From assembly GCA_965202585.1 (NCBI GenBank), contig OZ241833.1:34286001-34350000 (forward strand): a DNA stretch of 64,000 nucleotides, given 5' to 3'. Positions 35,901-48,591 of the stretch are shown here, piece after piece. The DNA comes from Thalia democratica (lineage: Eukaryota). Every line of letters begins with the position of its first letter. Position 1 is the first letter of the stretch. The position numbers and the translations under genes were made by a program. The notes below the pieces were generated by a model. It ran no database searches. It had not been told where the DNA came from and was given only the letters and a program-made list of their open reading frames with translations.

Positions 35901-38900
35901 TAGTTTAATTTAATACTTAATTTTTTCAGTTTACAACAATTTATTTTCTTACGGTTTACCTAAAAACTTGTACAAACTTCGAATACTGCTGTTATTTCAA
36001 ACTAAGTTTGTTTATTGTTAGATTACCAACTTGAAAAAATAAAACTTTTTCTGCGCTCTTCTAGATTTTTTTAAAGGCTTCTACAAGTAACAACTTCTAT
36101 CATTTAAACAAATTTCATTAAAACAATTTCAACCTACACAAAAAAAGTTGTATAGGTGTATTTTATGACTTACTAATTGTGACAAATGATTTTGATACAC
36201 CTTTGAAGCAAAAAAAAAACTTTATAAAAATGTTGTATACAAAAACTCGCTAGTTTTCTCACAAGTTACCGTTTTTTTAAATATTATTCTCATGATTAAA
36301 AAACTATTGCTTGCTAAAGTGAAAAACAAACTTATCATGCTTTGAACCAACTTATTTAAAAAAATATTGTTTTGTAAAGTAAACAAAAGTTGTAACCAAA
36401 CATATTAAAAAAGTTACTAATAAGTAATATATAGTTCTGCATAAATGTCTATTGAATAAAATCAACTTTCATACTAATAGTCCTGCTTCACTACAAATGC
36501 ATGGAAGATCTCATAGTTACGATTTTTGTTAACTTCCAAACTCTTCATATGTAACAAAATTTATAATTAGCAAACGTAGTCTTTGTAATCAATATATCAA
36601 ACGCACTAAAAACCTAAATACAACAGAGCTAGCAACTTTTAAAAGCTATAAAAACTGAAACAAAAACAACATTTTCAACCGACCAAAACACAGTTGCCTT
36701 TAAAGGTGTTAGCCTCGCATGCAGCTGCGCGGGAAAGCTGCAGCACGATTGTGACGTAATAACATACGTCATCTTTACTTTTGTATGATGGCTGTCACGT
36801 GAACACAAGTCATGCCGTAAAAACAAACGCAACTGCTGTCGTTTCGGCTCTATATTCGGAGCTTATCAATCGGTTAGGTATGATCAAAGTAAAATAAATA
36901 TGTTTAATTATGTTGTCAATATTTTTGCAATTAAAAACGAAACTGCTCTGTAAAGGTTTTGATTTTTATGAGAAAATTTTGTGAGCCTATTTATTTTCAA
37001 AATAGAATTTGTATAGGATGTAAGTACTGAAAAGAACTATTCTTTCGTTTCCATTTCTTAAATTTCGGATCTAACACTAAATTTATGTTATTTTAATCAA
37101 GCAACCGTTACTTAGTACTTGAAAACGACTAAAACAAAAACACAACACCGTTAGCCTCATTGCTAACTTATTTTTACACCAAAAACAACTCAAAACACTT
37201 TCCTTGACAAATCACACGTACGCACATAACTGCTCTAATAACTGAAAAATGCAAACAGAAACTTCCACACAATAAAACCGTCATCAGCTGTTCAACAACA
37301 GTACGCTTTCGAGGGTCACTTGTTCGAGTGGTGGAGGGGATGCCAAAACGAGCTGTGGCGACAATGGAACAAGCGGCGAGTGCTCAAAAATTGCAGCAGT
37401 CAGCTGCGAGTTGAAAGCTGGGGCGTTTCAGCACAAATTTTACAAAATCGCTTTTTCCAGGCTGCATGCGATGATGGGCGGTCTGTAGCTGCTGTGTGTC
37501 AGGTGGTGGTGCAGCTGCCGGTATTAACTTGTGGCGGTTATTAGCATGCCAGCTGCGAGCTGATTGTGAACGCAGTTTTGTTGGTTTTTGCTGCTTTTAC
37601 TCGGTTTTTTGTTGTGAAATTAGTTGTGATTGAGCTTAATCTCTGTCGTAAAAACGTAAGTTTGTTGTTGGACTTGTGGTTTCTGTAATGCTAACTGTTT
37701 GTTTGATTGGTTTTACCAACTTGCTTGTATTTTACAAACACTTTAGTATTTTGTTGTAAATTAAAATAACAATGAACTTAACGTGTAATGATATTTTTTA
37801 TTGAAGATTTTTAAACGTTCTATGTGTTAAATGTTTTTGATTTGACTGGCCCTTAACTTTTTGTTGAATGCTAAAATGCTAAATTTTTATTAGCTTTGTG
37901 TGCCTGCTTATTTTCATACTTTTGCTTTCCAATTTCGCGTCAAATGTTATTTTACATTCATGTTGCGTTTAAGACCTTAACAAAAAAATTCTTAAACTAG
38001 ACAAGTACATTGTTAATGTTTAGTAGAGTTTAGTAACATATCACCAAATAAACTTTAAATTTAAAAAACTTGTTTTGAAATTATTTCGATTTATAAAAAA
38101 AACTTAACTTATTTTAGTGCTTAATTTTGAAAGTTTTTAATTTAACAGCAAAAAACTATTTTATGCAAAATAAAAAAAGGATTATTAGTAAAACAGGTAA
38201 TTATTTGACAATGAATTTTATTTATTTGGTAACTAGTAATATCATCGTAGTTAGTCAAAGTTACACAAAGGGATTACGTAGTTATAATTTTGAAGAATTA
38301 CATAGCTGTGTTGTGTTATTTAAACCTTTAACTAAAATAATGACTTTTTGTTTCGTGTGTTTACTAACGTTCTTCAAAATAAATCAAGCAAAATAAGTAA
38401 TAAAATACTAGTTTACAAAAAACTAAAAAACAAACTTATTTAATAATAAAAAACTACACTTCCAAGCTTGAATCTGTAAACAAAAAATCACTGAGAATTT
38501 ATAGATGCAGTAGACTTCCAACAAAAAACTCACAAACATATTGGTGCAGCACAGACTTTTTATAGCGAAAAGATAGGACAAAAAAACTTGTCAATCACAT
38601 ACTTTAGATTGTAACTAATTTTCAGCAGAACCTAACATGTAAAAAAATGCCAAAATAATCTCAAATAATGGTCATTAATTCCATTATGCGAGTACAACAA
38701 GATGACTTATCTACAATTTAGATGTACTAAGTTTCAAAAAGCTGCAAATAGTCTTTTTAATATTTTAATTGTTAGAAACATGAAGCAGCTTACAGCTGAA
38801 ACAGAAACTAGAGCAGCTAATTTGAAAGAGATGACCTATAAGTAAATAACACATACTAGAAAACTTCAAATAATTTTCTTTTACTAATTTTGAAAGTTGA

Positions 38901-41900
38901 CAGTAGGGCTAAGAGTGATATTAACAGTAAAAAGTAAAAATCAATAGACTTTCATAAATTTTTTAATAAGGCTTATATTGAATAGAAAGCTACACTTACT
39001 TATATCAAGTTGCACAAACTAATGCTAAAGTATGAAAGTTAGTTTAAAATGTTGTGCTTTAAACTCTAATGTTTATATACTTAACTTGATACATTAAATG
39101 TATTGCTATATACCCCTAATCAAAACCAAAACTAAAAAAAATAAGAGCTAACAAACAAAATCTAATGTCCTATCAAAAACTCATAGTACGTGCAACACTC
39201 ATAACTCTTCGACAAAACGCGTGTTACAAACACCAGGACCTTAGCACTAATAAAAAATAATTTCATGTTTTACAAGTCGATATCCGCACATTACTCACGC
39301 AACGCGTTTGCTAACCAGCTTATGTGAACCGCCTATTATCAGAAAGCTGCTGCCTGATACAACGCATCGCGTTGGTCATATGCCCTATCGATTCATTCAC
39401 AATTCCATTCTGCTCAGCATAAAGTATATGCCAGAAAAACAGAGTGCTTTCCAGTGAAAAGTAAAAGTCGCGCGAAAAACACATGCACATATGTGTATGG
39501 CAAATGTGTGCTGTTGAAACAACTTTGTTTTTGGAATTACACCAAGCATATTGCGTTCTGGTGTACATTTAGAGTTTTAGGTCGGTTCGAATGCTGTCGC
39601 TCTGCTTTAATGTGCCGTATGTAGGTTGTGTGTATTGGTGCTAGTGTGTGTTGTATGTAGGGCTCACAACTGCCATTCACATGATTGGTGTCATTACATG
39701 CAGTCTGCATAAGTTTTTTACTTTAACTATCAATGAAAAGCTGTGCTCGTATTTTCAATGCAAACGTTGTAAAATAATTTTCGTCTTTGAAATATGCTCA
39801 ATAAGTTTAAACATCAGTTGTATGAGTAGTATCTAAGTTTTATTAAGGACGTACAATCTAAATATTTAACAATGACTTTTTAACTAATTTTTTATTCTAT
39901 TGTAACATTCTTAACAACATATTAGTCGTAGTTTGCATTAGTATCGATAAAAACTTATTTTTACAATAAAAAAAAAAATAAGTATAGCTGTAAACAGCTT
40001 ACGTAAAAATAAATGTAAAAGTTCAAAAATAAGAGAGACTGTATTAAGCAACAAATTCATAACAGCAAAGCTGTTAAAAAAAAGTTTTAGGAAAGCCAAA
40101 ATATAAAAAATCTACGAACCCAGTTCAACAATGTTTATAAATAAATACAACTAAACGATTTTTTGTAACTAATATGAAAATAAAAACTTATACTTTCCTT
40201 CGTTTCTTTTTAATTTATATTAATATATAAACAAAAAACGACAAAATAATTATCGGTAAATAACTTATAACAGAGCCAGGCAAGAATATTTGATATTCTT
40301 AATTTAAATGTTTTAAAATTTTTCAGATTTATTGAATGGCATTTAACTTTCTAATGCAATAAGGTTTTATACACAAATCAATTGTCATATATCATCTTGA
40401 TGCTTTATTTAGTTGTACGTTGTCAAAGTGTTCTCTGTGTGGCTGTAGGTTTATACAGTGGCTAATACTTTAATTAAGTTTTGTGGTATGAAGGTAAAAC
40501 TAAAGCCGTTTTAAAATTAAAAATGAAAAGATTAGAAGGTGTTTTATAAAAAAAGGTGATTTGGAACAACAAAAAAACACTTTCAAACTACAGAGTATCA
40601 GCAAAGATTAAAACTTAAAAGTAAAACATGATGTTTTCAGTTAAAAACCTAAGTTTTTCTTACTGTCGCTTTAGATAAGTTTTAAAGTACTTGATGTTTG
40701 TTGTTCATGTTTATGTAGACTTTTATGTAAGAGCTGCCATACGTTGTACCCCCAACTGCTTGGCCAAACGAGCGTTCGACACGCCAATCACGCTTTTCGA
40801 AGAAAACCTCACAGTTCGCAAAAGACCATTTCTGAAAACTACAGTGGTCACGCTGACCTTTTTTGTTCACGAGACTAAAATTTGTGTTTCTAAACTCATG
40901 TTTTTAAATAGTACAAAAAAAAAAAAAACGTACAGAAAAACGACACTCATAAAGTTTCCGATCCTAGTTTTTTTAAGTCTCGAAACTCATAGAAAACATT
41001 GTTGTCAAACTAAATAAAATAAAAAAACTAGAACACTGACAAAAACAAACGTCTAAAGACACTTTAAACAATTTAACAAAATAATTTAGTATTGGTAAAT
41101 AGTACAGATAATGTTTAACTTTAAACTAACATTTTGAATTGAATTATAACAACAACTTTATGTAAATTAAAAATTATTAAATGACAACATTAGTTGTATA
41201 TTAAAATAAAATTATACAATTTTAAAGATATTTTATATGTAAAATACACATAAAACTACTAGTAGTTTTATAAATAAATACTAATTAGCTATAAAATAAG
41301 ATACGATCTTTACTATTTAATGTTCACTTGAAAAGCACTTTTTTCAATATTCAAGCTTAAACATGATACAAAACCATTTGGTTTATTTATGTATTAAGTA
41401 CGTACTAAAAATTCAAAATATAGCTTCAATTGTTATGTAGAAAATACGTGTAAAGCAAAACCGTAGTCATTATAAATTGCGTGTTTATAAACTATATTTT
41501 TTTACAACGACTTTGCAACAAACACTTGATACTTTTGCTTGTTGCACAGTTTATTTTTCCTTATATGATTTGAATGTTCTTAAAAACTTCCTTTTTGGTG
41601 AAAACTTTTTCTTGTGGTTGCAAACTTTTAGAAAGCACCAAACTGCTTGATCGTTTCCACTTTCTAGCTAATTAGGAAGCGTTTCTTCCTTTATGAGACA
41701 AGTTTAGCAAATGTTTAAAGCATTTCTGACAAACAAACAACAGTTAATTGAAAACCTTCTGAGTTAACTGCTATCTAGCTTACTTCTATAAAATCATATG
41801 TTGTCTTGTACGCACGGAACATAAAACAGTATTAGTTGTATAATTGGTTATAGTAAATTAGACAATCTATGAAATTTTATTATTCAACGTTTTTTTTTTT

Positions 41901-42300
41901 TGAAACATACCCACCTCTAGTACATTTCACCCCGTTTAAACATGATTTGTAAGCATATATTAATTTTTATTAAGTACAAATTTAAGGTGTCAAATGTTTG
42001 TTGAAAATTTGTTTAAACAGATTTAAGGAAACATAACAGTAATCATATACTGCTTGCTTATAACCTACAGTTTTTCACATAATTTTTGCAACAGATTTAA
42101 ACTATTTTTACTTACTTCAATAGTATTTTACTTTATTGATTTGCATGTCTTTTTGGTAGGCTTTTTGCTGTGACTGTGACTTAAACAAAATAGCGCTTGG
42201 TACTCTAAGAAAATAAACTAATATCTACATTCTAGTTAGAAACAAGCTTCTTCCTTACAAAAAGTGCCTAAAACAAATGTTTTAATCACTTCTGACGAAC

Positions 42301-42776
42301 AAACTAAACGCAGTTAATTAAAAACGTTTGTGTACACAACTGCTGTATTGTTTTAATAGCGGAAAACGCGTCGCGCAGCTGACAAAACACAAATGTTATG
42401 CATGCGGTTTTTCGATAAAACGCCAAAATGTTCCTAATAAACACGTGTTCGTGTACCAACTCTCAGGTAAGCGAGTTAATTGGCAATGTTGACATTCGCA
42501 CATTTTGATCTTTGTACTTTTGCAGCTGCTCGCAACAACTCCTGTGGTGGCATCTGTTTGTTTTACAAGCAAGATAACAAATTAAATTTATTTTTGTGTT
42601 TTATAAAGTGCTTTTAAATAATCGTTGATAAGATCAAATTTATTTCCACACTCGTTTGAAGTTGACAGTTAAAAAATGTAAGGTACTCTATTATTTAACA
42701 AGGAAGCATGTTATATAAAGATTAACTTTACATTAGTCGACGTTTAATATACTTTAATTTGCTTGGTTTACATGCA
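42301..42776. repeat. ~475-bp inverted repeat, arm 1 (partner 56731..57204)
   Basis: Long colinear reverse-complement match (roughly 90% by eye), rich in E-boxes and GATA motifs. Confidence 0.9.
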
Positions 42777-44696
42777 AGATAAAAACGGGTTTAACTTATT
42801 TTCACATATAGTCAAAGTGTGTTAAATTATCATCAGTATGATGAAAACAATTTTCTAAATTTTATTCAAATACACCTTTAGAAATGTAAGATGTTTAAAT
42901 TTAATAAAAATATATGTAATACAGCGATTAACTTCAATTTCGCAATCTTTTAATCTTATTTACATCGTTTGAAACAGTTCTTTTTGAAACTAAATTACTT
43001 TATCTAGAACAACATGCGTTTAAAGGTGCATTATGACAGGAACATTCATAAATGTTTGTTCTTAAAAAAATTAACTAGTTTTTAGAACAAGCAAACATTG
43101 CACGCTATGTTTAATTTTTAGCTTATCTTGAATGAATTTTTAAATTTATTTTAACTTTGTATTCTCTTGAGCAGCTTTTAGAAAGTCTAATATTATTTCT
43201 CTAATGTACGACTATTGACAGTAACACTTTGAAAAAATATTTTTAAATTGCTTTTGACCATTTGATTTTAATGGTCCTGCTATAGTGCTTTTACAAAAAA
43301 ACAGAAACTGTTTTCATTTTACTTAATGAAAATTAATAAAACTTGAACAAGACTCAATTAAACATTTTAGTCTGTTCTGCTGTCTGAATAAACTGTTTTT
43401 ATACCGTTAAATCATAACAAAGAACTCATTTTATTATAAAATCAATGGTTCCTTTAGTTAAAGTTTTACAACTCAAAAACAAGTTTGTTCTTTGAAAGAA
43501 GCTACTGACTGATATACTCTAAAAACAAGTTTGTAACAAGACTTTGACTGTAGTTGTAAAATTTTTGTCAAGTCTAATTATAATATTTTATGCAAATTGA
43601 ACTTTAAAAATGTTAATAACAAGAATTGTATTGTAGTGTTAAAATTATAATTTTTGATATTAAACATTTTTCTGTCAGTGTTAGTTTAAAAATAAATGAT
43701 TGTTGTTCATTGAAACGTTTCAGATGCTGTAAAACAAGTAATGTACTATTATAAAGTCCTATTATAAATGAATAAAAGTTCAAATTTTATGAAAACAAAA
43801 AGTGTAAAATCAAATTGAATTGTGGTTTCTACAAAATGTTTCAAACTGAAGATTTTTTTGAAGTTTTTGAAAACTTAGGAAAAATTGATAAATAATTCTT
43901 TTCATTACTGCTTAATTTCAATTTAAAAATGTACAAACAAAGTGTTGTTTTTAATTGTTTTACATCTTTATCATTAGAAAGTCAGATAACTTAATTTTAG
44001 GTTTAAACTTTTGTAATTTATAGAAACTTTTACCGGCAGTTGTAACATTTTTTTTTAAGTAAAACAATATTAGTGATAAAATCATTAATAACAAGTAAAC
44101 AAACACAATGTTCTTATTTTATATCCTTTTTCATAATCTTTTTATTGTTAAGAGTAAATATTTGAACTTTGTATTTTTTTTTGTTTATTTGTACGCTTTT
44201 TTTATCATAAAAGTTAACTTAGATAAAGCTTTTTTAGTTTCACTGTTTCGAATCTAAACTGTTATAATTTTTTTTTATTTTAAACATTTATGTGTTTTAA
44301 TTAACTTAAATGTCATATAAGCAGGGTAAACCAGTTCAGCGAGTTCTAATAAGTAAACTTCTTTTAATAGTCTACACTAAAAACAATAAAAAAATTCACT
44401 TAGCCCAGTAATATCAAAAAATTGAAGATATTAAAATTATAAAAAATAGAAACAAACTTTTATAACTCAGACTTAAACTAATGATAATTTTTTGGTGCAA
44501 AATATAACATTATTTTTATCGGAAAAGTTTATAAAATGTAAAACAATCTACATTTATCATACTTAGTAAAAGTTAACTAGTCTAATAGTTTTACAGTCCG
44601 TATTTTTGATACTTAATTCAACGTAAATTTTATACATTTTTTACAAAAAGCAACTTTTACTGCGCAAAAACTTGCTCCTACTCTGAGCTTTTCCCT

Positions 44697-44824
44697 CCCC
44701 ACTCATATTTTTCACTACCTTCATAGTATTTGTTTTTCACTTTAACCCAGGTGTTACGGCGCCTACAAGTCTGCCTTCGTACGAACATGTGCATAAATGT
44801 ATTATAAATTAAGCTAATGTGTGT
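44697..44824. repeat. Triplicated BRE-containing element, copy C (inverted)
   Basis: Reverse complement of copies A and B. BRE at 44758..44772. Confidence 0.9.
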
Positions 44825-47800
44825 TTTGAATGAAATATTAAGTTGCTTGTTTACAAAGTCAATATTGCCTTGAATTGCTTTGAAAGTCGTTTTGAAAGTT
44901 GAACGAAAACATTATTGTAATCAAATACTGAGTTATATAAATATATGTTTTTTTGAATGTTTTGAAATGCCAAAGCTATTTGATTTGTTAATCGAGTGAA
45001 ACACTACTTGTTTAATAAACAAGCTTTAAATAAAATCCTGTAGAAGTTAGTTTACAATAGATAATTAAACTAATTTTAAAAAAGCGTTGTAAAAGTTTTA
45101 TATACAAAATATACGAAAGACAGCAGTATTATTTACAAGTTCCAAATCTGTTTTATTAAAAAAAAACTAAATGTTTATAACATAACAAGTTTGACTTAAA
45201 AATAATTTCAAGTTGCATTATAACCTACAAATAAAAACTTTTTAAATACAACTTAGATATAAGAAAAACTTTTTTATGATAAAAAATATTTTGTGGCATA
45301 GATAAGTTTTTTATTTTTCAAAAATAATTATGTAAAATGGCTTGAGTTTAAAAACTCATAGAAACTGATAGAAACTAGTTAGTAAGTAAAATTAAAAAAA
45401 AAAATTTATTCCATCAAAATGACTTAGCTTGTAAATAAATACGTCAAATTTTTTATTAATTAATCTCCACTTAACCACTAATACAGTGATCATGAACTTT
45501 TAAAATAATTCTTAAACTAAACTCATGTTTATTGTCAAGCCATCAACTTTCAAAATGTTTAAATTTAAGTTCTGTTATAAACTTTTTTGTAAGATTTACT
45601 ACTTAACTTAAGGTTAGTTTTTGTACGTTTTTTTGAAAACAACACATCAGTCACATGATATAAATTTACCATTTGACGGGAGTGACTTGGGATAGTTTAT
45701 TTTCAACTTTAGCAAAAAATCAGATAAACTTGTTTAACTTCAGTTACTTCTATTTTTAACGGCTTACGACTCCCTTGGTTAACATGTGACTTAGAACTAA
45801 ACTTTTCTGATAAGTGTTATCTAATCTATTGTTTTTGTACATGCTGACCCGGAGACTTCTTGACGCTTGTTTTAATCTGTTTTATCAAACAAGAGAAATA
45901 CTCGTTTAAAAACAGTTTTATGTTTTAATATTTTCTCGTCTTTTTGGTACAATTGGTCTCTTAAACTAGAGTAAAAAACTTAAAACTATTAATTCTTTTT
46001 TTATAGTAGTACAAAGTTGTTGCATAAAATATGTAATTAATAATTAGTTAGTTTTAAGCTATTAACAAAATGTATTTCAATCTGCTTTGATAAACACATT
46101 ATAAAAAAAAAGTTTTTTGTTTTATGTGTTTAATATTTATATGTAGTTTTTTGATAAAAATTTGAGATTACAATTGTGCAGTTATTCTATTTAACATACA
46201 TGTTAGAGTAGCAAAATGTTGTTGTATATATAAGTTTGACTTAAACAACAATAAGTAAAAACTATAGCGCTTAATATTAGCTATAAAGATTTCAAATTAA
46301 AGTTGTTTTAAGGTTCTAAGATAAAAACTACAGACTTTTAAAAACGCTTTTACAAGTGACTTGTTTTGTACAAACAAACAAAAAACAAAGTTTACATGCT
46401 AAGAGCTATATAAAAGCAAATCTATGATAAGTATTTAAAACATGAATATAGTGCAATAGAAATAGGGTACGGCCGTACGGGTCATTTAAAGTAAAAATAT
46501 ATTTTAGGTAGTATTGTATTAGATCTATTACTTTGTTTGGATAAACTAGTGCAAATTTTATTCAAGTTTTGTTGTTTATGAAAAAAAAACTATTTGATTT
46601 GCTGCAGTTAAATTCGTGCAAACTTTAAAACAAAAGTTTTGTGTAAATTCACAATAGACATTCGTAACATACTTTTTGTTTGATTAATTTTGTTAACCCA
46701 AAAATAAAAAGCTTAATTAAACCGTTGCGATTTCAAAATTAGTTTTTATTAAAGTTAAAAAATTGAATGTAAAAAAAAAAAAATAAACTAGTTAAAAAAA
46801 TTAAAATCAATTACTCAGTAGCATAAAAAAGAGTAAGCTAAAGGCATAGGTGCAAAACATTTTTAAGTATTTTGCTTTTTTAAATTTCATATAAACATTT
46901 TAGCTTCTCATGAACTTAGAACAAGAAAAACTTCTACTTTCAATAGTAGGACTGGTTTTTTTAAAGCACTTAACATTTTTATAAACTTTTTTAGAAAACT
47001 TTACTTCCAAAAACTTTGGAATTTATCTATCAGTTCAAGTGTTTTAATGTGCTGGTACTTAAAATTCAAAGTTCAAACCTGTCATTTGCTACTTAATGAA
47101 ATGTCAAATTAAAAACTGCGTTTTTGTGTCGATAAAATTGCTTAAAAACAGATTTTTTTTGGTTTCCTTAAATTTTTTTTGCATTGAGTTATTTTTAATA
47201 TCCATTGGCTTGTGCTCGTAATTTAAAAGATGCCTAATATTTTAAAGTAAAGTTTGATAACTATCAAAACAAGACTAACTTAAAAATTATATTATCAAAA
47301 GGTGATGTTAAAACTTATTGTCAAAAACGGATACAATGTTAAACATTTTTTTATCATTTTATAACTTTTCATAAATCCTTTTGTACTGAAACTTTTGTAA
47401 AGAAACAAAACTACAGTTTATTATTAATCTAATTAGTAGTCAAAATTAGATATAAGATTTAATTGAAAAATTTGAAGTTATTATTTAGCTACAAACGTTA
47501 GCCGTCCTTCGGTTTCGTTCAAAATCAATTTTTTTTTACGTTTACAAATAAAACAGAACAAGTTTGTTTGTATTTATTGAAAAAATTACACTTAAAAAGA
47601 CTTTCAACTTTAAAAATACAAGTTTGAGATATAACAATGATGTTTACTGGTAAGTATATCAAAAATCATACAAATAAGAAAAATGAAATGTTTTTTTCTC
47701 CTATTTTTGATGTTTACAGCTCTCTCTTCTGACTTGTCAGCTACAGCAAGGAATTAGAATAACTCAGCAATAATCTCCACTTCGTTCTACTTCATTTTCT

Positions 47801-48155
47801 GCGAATTTTAAGTTATATTTAATAGATATAAATAGGGATGCACTTCAATTCCGTATTTAAGTTGTAGTTATCTTAAAACTAGTAAGTTATTTTTTAAGCT
47901 TTGTTTAAATTAAAAAAACACATGTTCGTACATTTTAACTTAAGTTTGAAGAAAAACTAATAAGAAAATAAAAACATAATAAACATGTAGAAAAATTATT
48001 ACTTTTATACTAAACACTATGACTTCAACTCATGTTGATAGTTAAATCTATACGCTTTAGTTTTTAAGAGTTTAGGTTTAAAATAAAGCAAGTAGAAAAC
48101 AAAAACATGTCAAATGTATCAAAAAATACTAACCTTCATGATTTACCCTGAATAC

Positions 48156-48389
48156 TCAGACGGGGGCCAGAAGATCCCTCAAATCCTGTATGTAGTAGAT
48201 GGCCTGCTGAATTATTTCAAGCTGGTCCTCTTCATTGCAGCATTTTGGCAGGATGTTTTGCAGCTTCGAAAGCGTCTCCTTCACTTTCAAATCGTCGTTC
48301 TTTTTGATGGCCAACGAGTTTTTGCTGACTCCGTTCTGGGTGGCCACGTTTTCCTTGTTAGCTGAGCTTTTGCACTGCGGCTTCACCAT
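48156..48389 (-). CDS. Id: Id/emc-like HLH protein (Id-3, 77 aa)
   Basis: HLH core nearly identical to Id-1/2 but with a single QNILPKCC unit and a different N-terminus. Ends PV-stop followed by a GTAAAT donor 9 nt later (48146), mirroring Id-1/2. Confidence 0.85.
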   Translation of the reverse strand: MVKPQCKSSANKENVATQNGVSKNSLAIKKNDDLKVKETLSKLQNILPKCCNEEDQLEIIQQAIYYIQDLRDLLAPV

Positions 48390-48591
48390 TTTTTACTTTA
48401 AAGTTTTCTTTGTTGACACTCGTAGAAAGAAGTCAAACTTTTAAAGCAACTTAAATTTCTCTCCATACTTAAAGAGACGCTGAACTTCTTTTGCACGTTC
48501 TCTCGCGCTCGCTCGCTCCAATTTCTCTCCCACCTCAAATACGAGAGAGTGAGCGAAATTCAATTTTGTCGAGGTTGCACGTGCATCGAGC

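Noticed and set aside
35492-37225. Short direct repeats (CTGAYGAATCTCTGTCAACACA at about 35492 and 35649, weak similarity at about 37200)
   Set aside because: Too short and degenerate to assign a function. Probably old local duplication.
45853-45867. Near-BRE AGAC-TTCTT-GACGCT; also GGCGAC without the GTCT half at 1931 and 3861
   Set aside because: They mismatch the consensus, so they were not counted among the 17.
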